Made by a program: the position numbers and the translations under genes. A stretch of DNA of 53,171 nucleotides from Candidatus Yanofskybacteria bacterium RIFCSPHIGHO2_02_FULL_43_17 (lineage in GTDB: Bacteria; Patescibacteriota; Minisyncoccia; 2-02-FULL-40-12; GWA2-44-9): contig MGJU01000014.1 in the NCBI GenBank assembly GCA_001794435.1, positions 93,494-146,664 on the forward strand, read 5' to 3'. The notes under the pieces were generated by a model. That model made no database searches and was not told where the DNA came from. It saw only the letters and a program-made list of their open reading frames with translations. The stretch's first letter is position 1; the number at the start of each line of letters is the position of its first letter. Positions 36,490-44,678 of this stretch are shown piece after piece.

Positions 36490-38106
36490 ATGACAGACAA
36501 TAATGAGGGACAATTAAGGGAAGGACCGAGATCGCCAGTAGTGGTGGTTTTAGGTCATGTCGATCACGGAAAGACAAAACTTCTGGACACGATACGAAAG
36601 ACGAATATCGCAGAGAAAGAGTCGGGCGGCATCACCCAGCACATAGGCGCTTATCAAGTGGAAGTGGGAACAGGAGACCCCGAACAACAGCAAGCTGTAT
36701 ACGGGGCAGGCAAGAGACAAGAGACAAGGAAGATTACGTTCCTTGACACTCCTGGCCACGAGGCGTTTACGGCCATAAGGTCGCGCGGGGCCAAGGTGGC
36801 TGATGTTGCCGTTCTTGTAGTGGCCGCCGACGAGAGTGTTAAACCCCAGACAAAAGAAGCGATAAAGATAATCAAGGGCGAAAATATGCCCTTTGTCGTG
36901 GCGATAAACAAAATAGACAAAGAAGGAGCTAATGTTCAAAAAGTTAAACAGGACCTTGCCACAGAAGACGTTCTTGTAGAGGACTGGGGCGGAAAAGTTC
37001 CAGTAGTTGAAATATCCGCCAAATCGGGGAAAAATATTTCCGAACTGATGGATATGATATTGCTTGTAGCTGAGCTCGAGGAGTTTAAAGAAGATCTCTC
37101 AAAGCCGGCCGGAGGGGTGATAATAGAATCACATTTGGATAAAAGACAAGGGCATATCGTGACGGTGCTGGTTCAAAAAGGAATTCTTTCGCTTGGCGAC
37201 TGGATGGTGACTGGGAAGGTTGTGGGAAAGATAAAATCGATGAAGGATTTCAGGGGCGATGCGGTAAGTGAAGCCAGACCTTCGCAGCCGGTCATGCTTA
37301 CCGGCTGGAGTGAAGTTCCGGATACGGGGGTGCGTTTCATCGCCGCTTATTCGCGATCAGAAGCTGATGAAATAGCCGACAGCAATAAGGGGATCGACCT
37401 TGCTCCCCTATTCTCCTTTCTGTCTGAAACGACTGACCCAGACTCCTCCTTCGCTGAAAGCTTCGGAGAGCAAAAAAAGAAAACCTACAACTTAATACTG
37501 AAGGCCGATGTTAAAAGTTCTCTCGAGGCGATTGACTCTTCTTTGAGAGCGATAAAGTCAGAGGACATAAGATGCAACATTGTCGGCTATGATGTCGGCG
37601 ATATTACGGAAAATGACGTTAAAACAGCCATTGCCACAAAAGCAGATATTATCGGTTTCAGAGTCGGTGTCGGCCAATCTGTTGGACAGCTTGCCGAGAA
37701 AGAAGGAATCTGGGTGCAGACATTCGACGTAATATATGAATTGATAGAAACGATAAGAAAGAATATGGCCGGCTTGCTTGAGCCGGAGATTTCCAAAGTG
37801 CAGCTTGGGAAACTCAAAGTTCTTGCCCTATTTAAGAAGAATGCAAAATCCCAAATTTTCGGAGGCAGAGTTTTGTCTGGTAAGACGATCCGCGGTGCTA
37901 TGGGGGAAGTAACCAGAAATGAAGCCAAGGTTTCTGTGGGTAAAATTGGCCAGCTTCAGCACAACAAAGAGGATGTAAGCGAAGTTAAAGAGGGCCTTGA
38001 AGCAGGCATTCGCCTCGATATCATTTCTGGCCAGCCTTTTGAGGAAGTGAAAGAAGGCGATATGGTGGAGATATACGAAGAAGAAAAAACACAGAGGTCG
38101 TTATAA
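36490..38106 (+). CDS. infB: Translation initiation factor IF-2 (short, no N-terminal domain)
   Basis: [26 protein letters not shown] and NKIDK motifs. Confidence 0.95.
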   Translation: MTDNNEGQLREGPRSPVVVVLGHVDHGKTKLLDTIRKTNIAEKESGGITQHIGAYQVEVGTGDPEQQQAVYGAGKRQETRKITFLDTPGHEAFTAIRSRGAKVADVAVLVVAADESVKPQTKEAIKIIKGENMPFVVAINKIDKEGANVQKVKQDLATEDVLVEDWGGKVPVVEISAKSGKNISELMDMILLVAELEEFKEDLSKPAGGVIIESHLDKRQGHIVTVLVQKGILSLGDWMVTGKVVGKIKSMKDFRGDAVSEARPSQPVMLTGWSEVPDTGVRFIAAYSRSEADEIADSNKGIDLAPLFSFLSETTDPDSSFAESFGEQKKKTYNLILKADVKSSLEAIDSSLRAIKSEDIRCNIVGYDVGDITENDVKTAIATKADIIGFRVGVGQSVGQLAEKEGIWVQTFDVIYELIETIRKNMAGLLEPEISKVQLGKLKVLALFKKNAKSQIFGGRVLSGKTIRGAMGEVTRNEAKVSVGKIGQLQHNKEDVSEVKEGLEAGIRLDIISGQPFEEVKEGDMVEIYEEEKTQRSL

Positions 38107-38134
38107 GCATAATTTTAATATCCTAAATAAATTT

Positions 38135-38206
38135 GGCGGCATGGCGAAGCAGTAACGCATCGATCTGCAAAATCGACATACGTGGGTGCAATTCCCACTG
38201 CCGCCT
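38135..38206 (+). tRNA. tRNA-Cys(GCA)
   Basis: Acceptor GGCGGCA/TGCCGCC-T (U73); anticodon arm TCGAT-CT-GCA-AA-ATCGA; variant T-loop TGCAATT and D-loop AG. Confidence 0.9.
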
Positions 38207-38208
38207 CT

Positions 38209-39231
38209 ATGAAAACCATCCTCGTAACCGGTGGGTGCGGATTTATCGGCAGCCATTTCATAAGGCAGTTTCTAAAGAAGCATCCGGATTTTAAAGTTGT
38301 AAATTTAGACAAACTTACCTATGCCGGAAATCCGGACAATCTCAAGGACGTCTCTAAAAACCGAAGATACAAATTCATAAAAGGAGATATTGTTGACAAG
38401 GAAACAGTGGGAACGATATTTAAGAAGTTTAAACCGGACTTTGTCATTAACTTTGCCGCCGAATCGCACGTTGACCGGAGCATTCACGGTTATGCCGATG
38501 TTTTCGTTAGCTCAAACATTTACGGCGTTTTCAATCTTTTGGAAGCGGCCCTTCGACAAGCTCAGGGTAAAATAAAAAAATTTGTTCAAGTATCAACCGA
38601 CGAAGTATATGGCAGTTTGTCGCTGAACTCCAAAGTAAAATTTACAGAAAGGACACAATATAATCCGAGAAGCCCATACGCTGCTTCAAAAGCGGCCGGC
38701 GATCTCCTTTGTCATTCGTACTTTGCTACTTACGGTTTACCAGTTGTCGTCACTCATTCGTCCAACAACTACGGGAGTTTTCAGTATCCCGAGAAATTGA
38801 TTCCATTCTTCGCGTTGCGTGCCTTGAAGAACAAGCCCCTACCGCTTTACGGTGATGGTAAGAATGTCCGCGATTGGATTTATGTTCTTGATAATACGGA
38901 AGCGATAGGCAAAGCACTGTTTAAAGGCAAACCCGGAGAGGTCTATAATATCGGCGGAGACAATGAGGTAGCCAATAGCGGCATTGCCAAGCGGATATTA
39001 CAAATTTTACGAAAGCCCGATTCTCTGATAAAATATATCCCTGATCGGCCGGGCCATGACAGGCGCTACGCACTAGATGGTTCCAAAGTCAGAAAAGAGC
39101 TTGGCTGGAAACCAAGATATGGCTTCGACAAGATGCTTGCGGAAACGATAAAATGGTATCGAGATAATCCTGCGTGGATAAGAAGTGCTGTTAAGAGGTT
39201 GAAAACAGTGAACTCACACATTGAGATTTAA
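38209..39231 (+). CDS. rfbB: dTDP-glucose 4,6-dehydratase
   Basis: TGGCGFIGSHF, DKLTYAGN, AAESHVDRS, STDEVYG, YAASKA and DRPGHDRRY motifs. Confidence 0.95.
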   Translation: MKTILVTGGCGFIGSHFIRQFLKKHPDFKVVNLDKLTYAGNPDNLKDVSKNRRYKFIKGDIVDKETVGTIFKKFKPDFVINFAAESHVDRSIHGYADVFVSSNIYGVFNLLEAALRQAQGKIKKFVQVSTDEVYGSLSLNSKVKFTERTQYNPRSPYAASKAAGDLLCHSYFATYGLPVVVTHSSNNYGSFQYPEKLIPFFALRALKNKPLPLYGDGKNVRDWIYVLDNTEAIGKALFKGKPGEVYNIGGDNEVANSGIAKRILQILRKPDSLIKYIPDRPGHDRRYALDGSKVRKELGWKPRYGFDKMLAETIKWYRDNPAWIRSAVKRLKTVNSHIEI

Positions 39232-39290
39232 ACGGTAAAGGTATTGATAATTAAGTAGTAAATTCGTTTTCCGTTTGGTATAATTTAATT

Positions 39291-39785
39291 ATGCCTCGGA
39301 AACGAACATGGACAGTCGAGCAACTAAAAGAAGCCGTTAGTTCTTCTTTTAGTTATCGAAAAGTTTTGTCGAAACTTAATTTAGTAGAGGCCGGAGGAAA
39401 TTACGATCAGATAAAGAAATATGTTAAAGAATATAACTTAGATTCAAGTCATTTTACCGGCAAAGCATGGAATAAAGGAAGAGTAGGGATGGGTAAACCT
39501 CATATTCCTTTGGGAGATGTTTTGGTTAAAAATAGTACCTATCAGAGCTTTAAATTAAAAAATAGATTGTTTAAGGCTAATCTTAAAAGTCCACAATGTG
39601 AGTTGTGTAGATGGTCAAAAGTATCCTTAGATGGCCGTTTACCGCTAGAGCTAGATCATATAAACGGAAACCGTCACGATAATCGCTTGGAAAATTTAAG
39701 GATACTTTGTCCAAATTGCCACAGTTTACAAGTAACTCATCGAGGCAGAAATAGGAACAAGAATATAAAAAAGATATTTTTATAA
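39291..39785 (+). CDS. HNH endonuclease with N-terminal HTH-like domain
   Basis: CELC...LELDHINGNRHDNRLENLRILCPNCH. Confidence 0.88.
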   Translation: MPRKRTWTVEQLKEAVSSSFSYRKVLSKLNLVEAGGNYDQIKKYVKEYNLDSSHFTGKAWNKGRVGMGKPHIPLGDVLVKNSTYQSFKLKNRLFKANLKSPQCELCRWSKVSLDGRLPLELDHINGNRHDNRLENLRILCPNCHSLQVTHRGRNRNKNIKKIFL

Positions 39786-39786
39786 T

Positions 39787-39873
39787 GCTCGGGTGGCGAA
39801 ATTGGTATCCGCGCGTCACTTAAAATGACGTGTCCGTAAGGACGTGCCGGTTCGACTCCGGCCCCGAGCACCA
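39787..39873 (+). tRNA. tRNA-Leu(TAA)
   Basis: Acceptor GCTCGGG/CCCGAGC-A-CCA; anticodon arm CGTCA-CT-TAA-AA-TGACG; long V-arm. Confidence 0.95.
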
Positions 39874-40023
39874 CGTAGGAAATTGCAAAGAAGGGGAGGC
39901 CGATGACTAATCCTTATATTCTCCCCTACCCCAACTGTCTCTTTGGCTTGTTTTTTGCTCTTGCACCATGGGAAGCGTGTGGTAAAAAGGAACAAAGGGA
40001 ATAGACTCTTCTTACAAACAACC

Positions 40024-40584
40024 ATGTATTCAAAAGAAATAATCCAACTTTTGCTGGAGAACAAAGATATAAGTTCATTCGGGCTTACTCTTTATAAATA
40101 CAAACCAGGGAAAATGGACGAGAAAAGAAAACTCTATTGGGCCTCAAGAGGAGGCATTTTTAAAAAGCTGGATCTAATTGATAAAGCAAAAAAGGAAGAT
40201 TGGGCTTTCGGCATAAACTCCTTGGTTAAAAATAAAAAAGGACAATTTTTACATATTCCTCAGGTAGATTTACACTGCAAGATATCTAAAAACAATCTCA
40301 GATATATTACCAAAGAACTGAAAAGTATCGGCTACGGAAAAGGGTTTGTGGCTGTGACCGGTCGGTCATACCACTTTTATGGAAACAAGCTTCTTGACCA
40401 GGGGGAGTGGGTTGCTTTTATGGGTTATCTTTTAAGGTTCAATGACCATAGGCGCAAACCCCTCAAAAAAGTCACCGATCAAAGATGGATCGGCGCAAGT
40501 TTGGTCAGGGGTTTTGGAACCTTGCGCATATCCTCAAGTTTCGACAAAAGGACCGTGCCCAGAGTTGTCCTAAGATTGAAATAA
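40024..40584 (+). CDS. Compact archaeo-eukaryotic primase (AEP)-like protein
   Basis: HIPQVDLH, TGRSYHFYG and DQRWIG...LRIS resemble AEP motifs. Confidence 0.55.
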   Translation: MYSKEIIQLLLENKDISSFGLTLYKYKPGKMDEKRKLYWASRGGIFKKLDLIDKAKKEDWAFGINSLVKNKKGQFLHIPQVDLHCKISKNNLRYITKELKSIGYGKGFVAVTGRSYHFYGNKLLDQGEWVAFMGYLLRFNDHRRKPLKKVTDQRWIGASLVRGFGTLRISSSFDKRTVPRVVLRLK

Positions 40585-40638
40585 AGCAAAAAACAATATA
40601 CCTTTTGCTCATCGGTCTTCCGATTTTGAGGTGGTACT

Positions 40639-41508
40639 TTGAAAAGCATTCTTTTGGCTGTAATTCTAATTCTTTATGGTAGCAACCTCGAGGCTCAAGT
40701 TAGGAGTTTTTACGTCTTAAATCCTAAGGTTAAACAGGGCGATACTGTAGTAATCGCAGTTAATCCTCAGGGGCAAGGATCATTGGTTTGTATCTCGGCT
40801 CTAAAGAAACAATATGTGCCGAATACTAACGGCTATGTTTTTGTGGGGATTCCGGTGGATGCGGAGCCGACAGGAACAAAAAAACAGAGAAGCAATTATA
40901 CCGCATCTCTCGTTGAGTGCGGCAGAGGGGTTAGTCTGGATAATATTTATCAGGAATTTGAGGTAGAAAAAAAGAATTATAGTAAAACAAGAACGACTGG
41001 TCGGGGCAGGTCGACAAGAGCCAGAAAGGGATCAGAAGTTAATGCAATTAATAAAGCATTCAGCGCTAGTAATTTGGAATCGGACATGACTCAAGGACTT
41101 GCATTTAGCGAGCCGGCCGATTCTGGGGACGTCATCGATCCATACGGCTTGATTTATAAAAACAACGGCAAGCTTACTCATAATGGCCCTGATTTTCGCT
41201 TACCGATCGGCACTTCAATTAAAGCCGTGAATGGCGGCAAAGTTGTTCTTGTTGCTAGGAATTTCAGCAAGGAAGGCAATATGATAATTATAAACCACGG
41301 CCGTGGCATATATTCGGTATATATGCATCTTTCCAGAATTGAGATTGCGCAAAACCAACTTGTTCAAAGGGGGCAAATCATTGCGCTGTCTGGCGACACC
41401 GGTGCTGGCGTACGAGAACCGCACCTCCATTTCAGTATTAAAATAAACGGCATCTATGTTGATCCCCTGATCTTTTTAGATACCGTTAACCAGTATTTAA
41501 CTCGATAA
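40639..41508 (+). CDS. Secreted M23 family peptidase
   Basis: HNGPDF, YMHLS, PHLHF and VDPL motifs; signal peptide. Confidence 0.9.
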   Translation: MKSILLAVILILYGSNLEAQVRSFYVLNPKVKQGDTVVIAVNPQGQGSLVCISALKKQYVPNTNGYVFVGIPVDAEPTGTKKQRSNYTASLVECGRGVSLDNIYQEFEVEKKNYSKTRTTGRGRSTRARKGSEVNAINKAFSASNLESDMTQGLAFSEPADSGDVIDPYGLIYKNNGKLTHNGPDFRLPIGTSIKAVNGGKVVLVARNFSKEGNMIIINHGRGIYSVYMHLSRIEIAQNQLVQRGQIIALSGDTGAGVREPHLHFSIKINGIYVDPLIFLDTVNQYLTR

Positions 41509-41521
41509 TTTTATCGAGTTT

Positions 41522-42439
41522 TTATTTATTATTTTTATTGTGAAACTTTTCGTGAATCTCTCTGAGCTGCTTATCAGTAACATGTGTATAGATCTGGGTG
41601 GTTGTCACGGAGGAATGGCCAAGCATTGCCTGGACGGAGCGTATATCGGCGCCATTGCGCAGGAGGTCGGTGGCGTATGAATGACGGAGGGTGTGCGGGC
41701 TGACCCTTTTACCCATTACGCCCGCTTTCGTGGCGTATTTTTGGACTATTCTTTGGATACTGCGCGGAGTAAGGCGTAAATTAGATTCCTTTGAAAAACT
41801 TTTTGAACGCGGGATTCTGATAAATAAAGCCTCGTCGATATCAGGTCTTTTGGCTAGATATTGTTTTAATCCCTCTTTTGCATCATTTGAAAGGAATACA
41901 AGACGTAATTTCCCGCCCTTTCCTCTGATCGTAACCTCTCCCCCGCCCAAGTCTATCTTGTCCCTATCCAAAGAGCACAACTCTGATACGCGCATACCGG
42001 TACTGAACAGGGTGGCAAGCAATGCTCTATCTCGAAGAGTGTCCAGGCCGCCGCCTTCTGGAGCTGCCAGCAAACGGGCCAGTTCTTCCGGTTCAAGGAA
42101 TATGACCTCTCTTTGCTCTTGTTTGCCAAGTTCAACTTTTTCCGCGGGGAGGGATTTGATGTCTCTTTTTGACAGATATTTAAGAAAATTTCTCAAAGCG
42201 ATTATGTGATAGTTCTGGGTTACCCTCTTTAAGTTATTGCCGTCCGCATCCTTTAGTCGGTTTAAATACAAGCGGTAATGCCTGACAAGGTCATCGTCTA
42301 TGTGGCTGGGGTTTGAGATGTTGGCGAAAGAAAAAAACCTGTTCAAATACCGTCCGTAATTCTCAAGCGTTTTTGCCGAGCGGTTCTTTTCTATTTCTAG
42401 ATGCTCGAGGTATTGAATTTTAAGCTTTTTGATTTCCAT
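41522..42439 (-). CDS. XerC/XerD-family tyrosine recombinase
   Basis: TGMRVSEL, GKGGKLR, HTLRHSYAT and LGHSSVTTTQIYTHV motifs. Confidence 0.93.
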   Translation of the reverse strand: MEIKKLKIQYLEHLEIEKNRSAKTLENYGRYLNRFFSFANISNPSHIDDDLVRHYRLYLNRLKDADGNNLKRVTQNYHIIALRNFLKYLSKRDIKSLPAEKVELGKQEQREVIFLEPEELARLLAAPEGGGLDTLRDRALLATLFSTGMRVSELCSLDRDKIDLGGGEVTIRGKGGKLRLVFLSNDAKEGLKQYLAKRPDIDEALFIRIPRSKSFSKESNLRLTPRSIQRIVQKYATKAGVMGKRVSPHTLRHSYATDLLRNGADIRSVQAMLGHSSVTTTQIYTHVTDKQLREIHEKFHNKNNK

Positions 42440-42511
42440 GTCGCATAATTAGTATAGCATAATTGCAATCACGTAAAAATTTTGATACCCTTTTGGCAGT
42501 TGTTTTAGATA

Positions 42512-42895
42512 ATGGAGAAGAAGAATATGTGGACCAAACTTAACGCCATGAATTGCCAAATAGCTAATCTTACTAAGAAACGAAATGATCTGCTTCGTGA
42601 ATTACGAAAAAAGTGCAAACATTTAAGATTAGTTGAGTTAGATTATTCATGCGCGTATTCTGGAGCACCCCCATTTCGTATTTGTGCTGATTGCGGAGCG
42701 GAAGAAAGAGGCTGGTATTGCGGTTATCAAGTTCTTGCCTTAAGAAGTGAAAGAACCGATATTTCGCGTGGAGTTGAACGCGCTATAATCAGAACCACTC
42801 GAAGCGCTGATATTTTCTATTCTTATCGCAAGAGTGGACCCCTATATTATGTCGGCCAGAGCCACCCTAATTTTAAGGGAGGAGGGGAGGTTTAA
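42512..42895 (+). CDS. Hypothetical protein with Cys/His zinc motif
   Basis: CKH...RICADCGAEE. Confidence 0.6.
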   Translation: MEKKNMWTKLNAMNCQIANLTKKRNDLLRELRKKCKHLRLVELDYSCAYSGAPPFRICADCGAEERGWYCGYQVLALRSERTDISRGVERAIIRTTRSADIFYSYRKSGPLYYVGQSHPNFKGGGEV

Positions 42896-43061
42896 AGACG
42901 TACAAACAATTGATGGCAGTTTAAGGTCACCCACCGACGAGGTGACTTTTTATTTGCAATTTTTGTGAATTTAAGTATACTGAAGACGTACTAATTAACT
43001 GCGGTTATCCGGTTTACCCTGAGCTCGTCGAAGGGCTGTTCACTGGATAACAGGCACGAAT

Positions 43062-43325
43062 ATGTTAAGCCCAAAAGAAAAATCAAAGGTTCTGGAGAAG
43101 GTCAGGATACACGAGAAGGACACCGGATCTGCGGAAGCGCAGGTTGCTTTGTTTTCGGAGGAAATAGAGCAGTTGGCAAAGCATCTCAAAAAGCACAAGA
43201 AAGACAACAGTTCTCGCCTTGGCCTTTTGAAGATGGTTTCTAAAAGAAAACGTCTTCTTGACCACCTGAAGCGTGAATATCCCAAAAGATACAATACTCT
43301 GGTCAAAAAGCTGGATCTTAAATAA
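43062..43325 (+). CDS. rpsO: 30S ribosomal protein S15
   Basis: [13 protein letters not shown]...[22 protein letters not shown]. Confidence 0.97.
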   Translation: MLSPKEKSKVLEKVRIHEKDTGSAEAQVALFSEEIEQLAKHLKKHKKDNSSRLGLLKMVSKRKRLLDHLKREYPKRYNTLVKKLDLK

Positions 43326-43328
43326 TCT

Positions 43329-43844
43329 ATGGCAAATAAAATAACTGTTCCACAAAGGAAGAATCATAGAGTCGGTGTTTTTGTCGACGTGAGTAATATG
43401 TACCACTCGGCAAAAAATCTATATAAATCAAGAGTAAATTTTCGAGAACTTTTAAAACTGGCAACTGCCAACAGACAGCTGGTCAGAGCAATCGCTTACG
43501 TAATTAAATCCGACACCAAAGAAGAGAAAGCATTTTTTGATGCGCTTGAAAAATCCGGATATGAATTAAAAAGCAAAGACCTTCAAATTTTTCCGGGCGG
43601 AATGAAAAAGGGCGACTGGGATGTTGCCATTGCCATTGACGCCATCACCCTTTCCAAGCTTGTCGATGTTGTTGTTATCGTTTCTGGCGACGGCGACTAT
43701 GAACCCCTTGTTGATTTTCTTAAGTTTAGCGGAACGATTGTTGAAGTGGCCGGATTTAACCGTTCAACCTCTGCCCGCCTCATTGAAACCGCTAATAATT
43801 TCCTCGACCTGGAAGAAATAAGGGACAAGGTGCTTTTGAAATAA
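43329..43844 (+). CDS. NYN/LabA-family PIN-like nuclease
   Basis: FVDVSNMY, KGDWDVAIAID and VSGDGDYEPL motifs. Confidence 0.9.
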   Translation: MANKITVPQRKNHRVGVFVDVSNMYHSAKNLYKSRVNFRELLKLATANRQLVRAIAYVIKSDTKEEKAFFDALEKSGYELKSKDLQIFPGGMKKGDWDVAIAIDAITLSKLVDVVVIVSGDGDYEPLVDFLKFSGTIVEVAGFNRSTSARLIETANNFLDLEEIRDKVLLK

Positions 43845-43933
43845 ATTCATTCTGATTTGATAGAAAAGATTACGGTTGACAATATATTACAAATAATGTA
43901 TCGTTTTGTTAAATCTCGGTTTTGGAAGGGAAA

Positions 43934-44398
43934 ATGCCTCAGAATCAACTGGATAACGAACAGAACTTTAATAAATTCAAGAACTTCTATGAGTGGCTGA
44001 AACTGGAAAGTGGACAACTTAGGGAGCTTACTCAAACTCCTCAAGGCAAGAAAGCATACCAAGAAATCTATCAAGCTGAATGTGCTACTATGCTTGAGAT
44101 GATGCTTCCAGCTTACCGTCGCATTATAGTAGTGCTACAAAATAAAACTGGCATAGCTATGTGTTCGTGCATGGATGCTCGTAGATACAGCGATATGGGA
44201 GAACCTGTTATTTTTGTATGCAAAGATCATCAAACCAGATTCGGTACTTCTCATCTCTACTGGGAAGATGAGCTTAGTTTTTTCTTGGAACATTATAGCC
44301 AAAATGATAGAGACCCTGTTCTTCCCGAGCCAACTCTACCAAAAAGAGAGTGGTCGGATAGAGATTTTTTGAAAGATTTAAATATTAGTTCCGATTAA
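43934..44398 (+). CDS. Hypothetical protein
   Basis: GGAAGG SD; CSC...CKDH; own promoter and downstream hairpin. Confidence 0.6.
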   Translation: MPQNQLDNEQNFNKFKNFYEWLKLESGQLRELTQTPQGKKAYQEIYQAECATMLEMMLPAYRRIIVVLQNKTGIAMCSCMDARRYSDMGEPVIFVCKDHQTRFGTSHLYWEDELSFFLEHYSQNDRDPVLPEPTLPKREWSDRDFLKDLNISSD

Positions 44399-44678
44399 GT
44401 GACAAGGTGATAGCGGCACAATAATCTTGGCCGCTTTTGATTTTAAGAAGAACTGGTATTTTTAATCGATTTATGATATATTCCTTTTAAGTTAATTAAT
44501 AACCAACTAAAAGCAGTAAAAACAATACTAAGGGGCTTGCAATATTGGCCAAAGGGCCGGAAATATCGAAACATCGAAATGTCGATATATCGAAATATCC
44601 GATTTTTTGGCCAGGATTGTTTTTTACCCTCCGAAGCTTTGGCGAAGGACGGGCTCACTCTTTTGTTGGCGTTTGGTT

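Noticed and set aside
41522-42439. Integron integrase or prophage integrase
   Set aside because: Length and motifs fit a housekeeping XerC/D; no adjacent attC-like array or phage genes seen
42880-42925. Frameshift at the end of ORF 42512-42895
   Set aside because: Another frame would add a short tail (LKTYKQLMAV), but this cannot be judged without homologues
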